Below are positions 62,091 to 64,000 of a stretch of DNA of 64,000 bases, piece after piece; position 1 is the first letter of the stretch; each line of letters opens with the position of its first letter. The notes beneath the pieces are model-generated. The model ran no database searches and was not told where the DNA came from. It saw only the letters and a program-made list of their open reading frames with translations. The stretch comes from Lama guanicoe (taxonomy: Eukaryota), in assembly GCA_013239625.1 (NCBI GenBank), contig MU054212.1, forward strand, positions 2,170,001-2,234,000, in the 5' to 3' direction. The translations under genes and the position numbers were made by a program.

Positions 62091-62919
62091 CTCAGCAGTG
62101 CGCTGTGTCCTGTGTAGGGCCATTGCCAGCAAATAAGCACAACGTCCTATAGAAACCTTCTAATGTTTTAATTTTCCCACTTTATTTCATGGCCTTTGAG
62201 GTGGAGATAATACAGAAAGGGAAGTTAGGTTTCAGGTTAGAGAAAAGGAAGGGGAAGAGGGTAAATATAACTTGCTATTAAATTTAGATTGCCACAAAAT
62301 TCCCCACACCAAATAGTCTACTAAACCCATTAAATAAAAATTAAGTAATAGTATTTTTCTCTATTTCTACAACCCTACCAAAATGTTAAGCACAGATTTA
62401 GTAAATATAAGATAAATAAATAGATTTTTTTAAAAGGCCAATAGATTCCATTAAAATAGCACCCTGAGAAATGGTTTACCAGCTTAATTGGAATGACGGT
62501 CAAGGGAGATATTTAAAGCAGAGCACTTCAGTGACTCTAAACAAATGAACAAATGGCTCACTTAATTCATTTCAGTGTCTGGTCTGGTGGTACTCAAATG
62601 TCTATTCAAAAGAATGTCCCATTGCATTGCCCCAGGGGCTGCTGCTTTCTTCCCTGCTCTGAATATATACAGACATTTAAAATTCATGTCTGATATAAAA
62701 ACCATCTATACAGACCATGTTAAATGTCTTGGGTTCTACTTTGGAGTCTCAGAATTCTGACCAACGCCACAAGAACAACATGATCTGACTTTAAAGAAGT
62801 CTGCCTTGGGTTAGAGGATGCCTCCCCAGTCAGGAAGAGTTCTAAAAATGTTTCAATATAAAGCATTCATTTGTGACTAAGCTATACTTAAAATGGAAGA
62901 GACTCAGACGTGGATTGCA

Positions 62920-63080
62920 GAAACATTCTTGGAGCATGTACATTGTGCCAGAAATCGAACAGTATGCTTTCACATTTTTCATCTCATTTAATTCTCAAAA
63001 GCATCCTCTGAGGAAGAATTCTTAAACCCACATAATGAGTAAAGACAGCAAGACTCAGAAATGTTTAGCAATGAGCCCAT
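62920..63080 (-). mobile_element. MIR SINE relic
   Basis: tgtgccaga...tgctttcaca...atctcatttaattctca...gactcagaaatgtt. Confidence 0.6.
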
Positions 63081-63084
63081 AACC

Positions 63085-64000
63085 CTCATCTGTTTACTCG
63101 TCTACTCATTCAGGAAATTTTTTGAGTAGGTACTCAGTAGCAGGCCCTGAACAAGGCTCTTAGGGTACAGTCTTAAACCAGTCACGATCTCTACCCTCAA
63201 ACTAGCTACAATCTTGTGTACTAGACAGTGTGAAAACAGGCTAGACGAGTAAACCGTGTAAAAAATGCATCAATAGGAGTAAAACGTGGACATCAGATCA
63301 CATTGGAACAAATAACTAAGCTAAGGAAAAGCTGTTCCAATCAAGACTGGCTGGACACTGGCGAGAATGGCTGAAAGTATACCAGGCAGAGGACGGAGCA
63401 GATACAGAAGGCTGAAGGTAAAGAAGAGGCTCATGTGTGTGAAGATCTGAATGGGTTTCAAATGATGGGTGTACGCAGTGCAAAATTAAAGCACTGTGAG
63501 CAGTAAAGTCAAAGAAGTAAACATTAAGGTTTTGTAAGTCAAATTAAAACATTTAAGTTTAATATTAAATCAACAGAAAAGCCTTTGAAGTGTGTTAAGC
63601 AAGGACAGACACAGCCAGATTTGTGGTTTAGAAAGAGCCCCCTGAATGCTGTTGGAGAAGGTGTTAATGGGCTATAAAAGTGTGAACATAGAGAAGAGTC
63701 AGGAGACTACTAGGTAATCCAGGTAAGAAAGATGATGATGGCCTAAGACAGTGGTAGTGGTAATGAGAGGAGTAGGTCTGAGACTTGTTTATGAGATGTA
63801 ATTAATACAAAATGAACTTTTGTTGAAGGCTAGAAGGGAGAAGGAGGAAAGCTCTGAGTTGGCTGGATAAATGACAATACCATTCACTGGGACAGTTAAT
63901 ATGAGAGAGAAAGGGAGGTCTGATTGCCAAAGACCAAGAGCTAACTTCTGATACATAGACTTTGTGGTATCAGTGGATGCCAAGTGGAAGATGTACAGTA
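63085..64000 (-). mobile_element. L2 LINE 3' region (runs off window)
   Basis: tcattcaggaaattttttgagtaggtact; tctaccctcaa..agct.caatct; ccaggcagagg; gatttgtggtttagaaagagccc; agtcaggagacta..gtaatccaggtaagaaagatgatg.tggcct; caagtggaagatgt. Confidence 0.8.

Noticed and set aside
1..64000. tRNA, snRNA, miRNA, processed pseudogene or NUMT; identity of the host locus
   Set aside because: None recognised by eye, and I cannot name the locus without a search. Short or diverged ncRNAs could have been missed; Infernal/Rfam and BLAT against human would settle this.

Overview
This is mammalian genomic DNA, not prokaryotic, so the bacterial-style ORF track is mostly noise. The young LINE-1 3' ends (...ttgacacaacattgtaaactgactata...aataaaaaa) suggest a cetartiodactyl, most likely a camelid; this is inferred from recalled repeat sequences, not a database search. 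I recognise no protein-coding gene, tRNA, rRNA, snRNA or CRISPR array. The window looks like a gene desert or a very large intron. Roughly half is interspersed repeat: young and old L1, L2, MIR, MaLR LTRs, a Tigger2-type MITE, and a fossil hAT/Charlie transposon split by an L1. The rest is unique sequence with several repeat-poor blocks that resemble developmental enhancers (HOX, MEIS, RUNX and GATA-type motifs, retained CpGs). There is a weak orphan CpG-rich segment at about 38.4-39.2 kb. Several + strand exon-like units have textbook splice signals (150 nt, 115 nt and a 24-nt microexon) and could belong to an unannotated spliced transcript. Directly visible oddities: a near-perfect 323-bp tandem duplication, a 218-N gap flanked on both sides by an identical A17-G, a tail-less L1 5'/ORF1 fragment inside an older L1 3'UTR, and a near-perfect palindrome inside a MITE. 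I found no convincing evidence of a wholly new biological system. Boundaries of old repeats are approximate and subfamily names are from memory.
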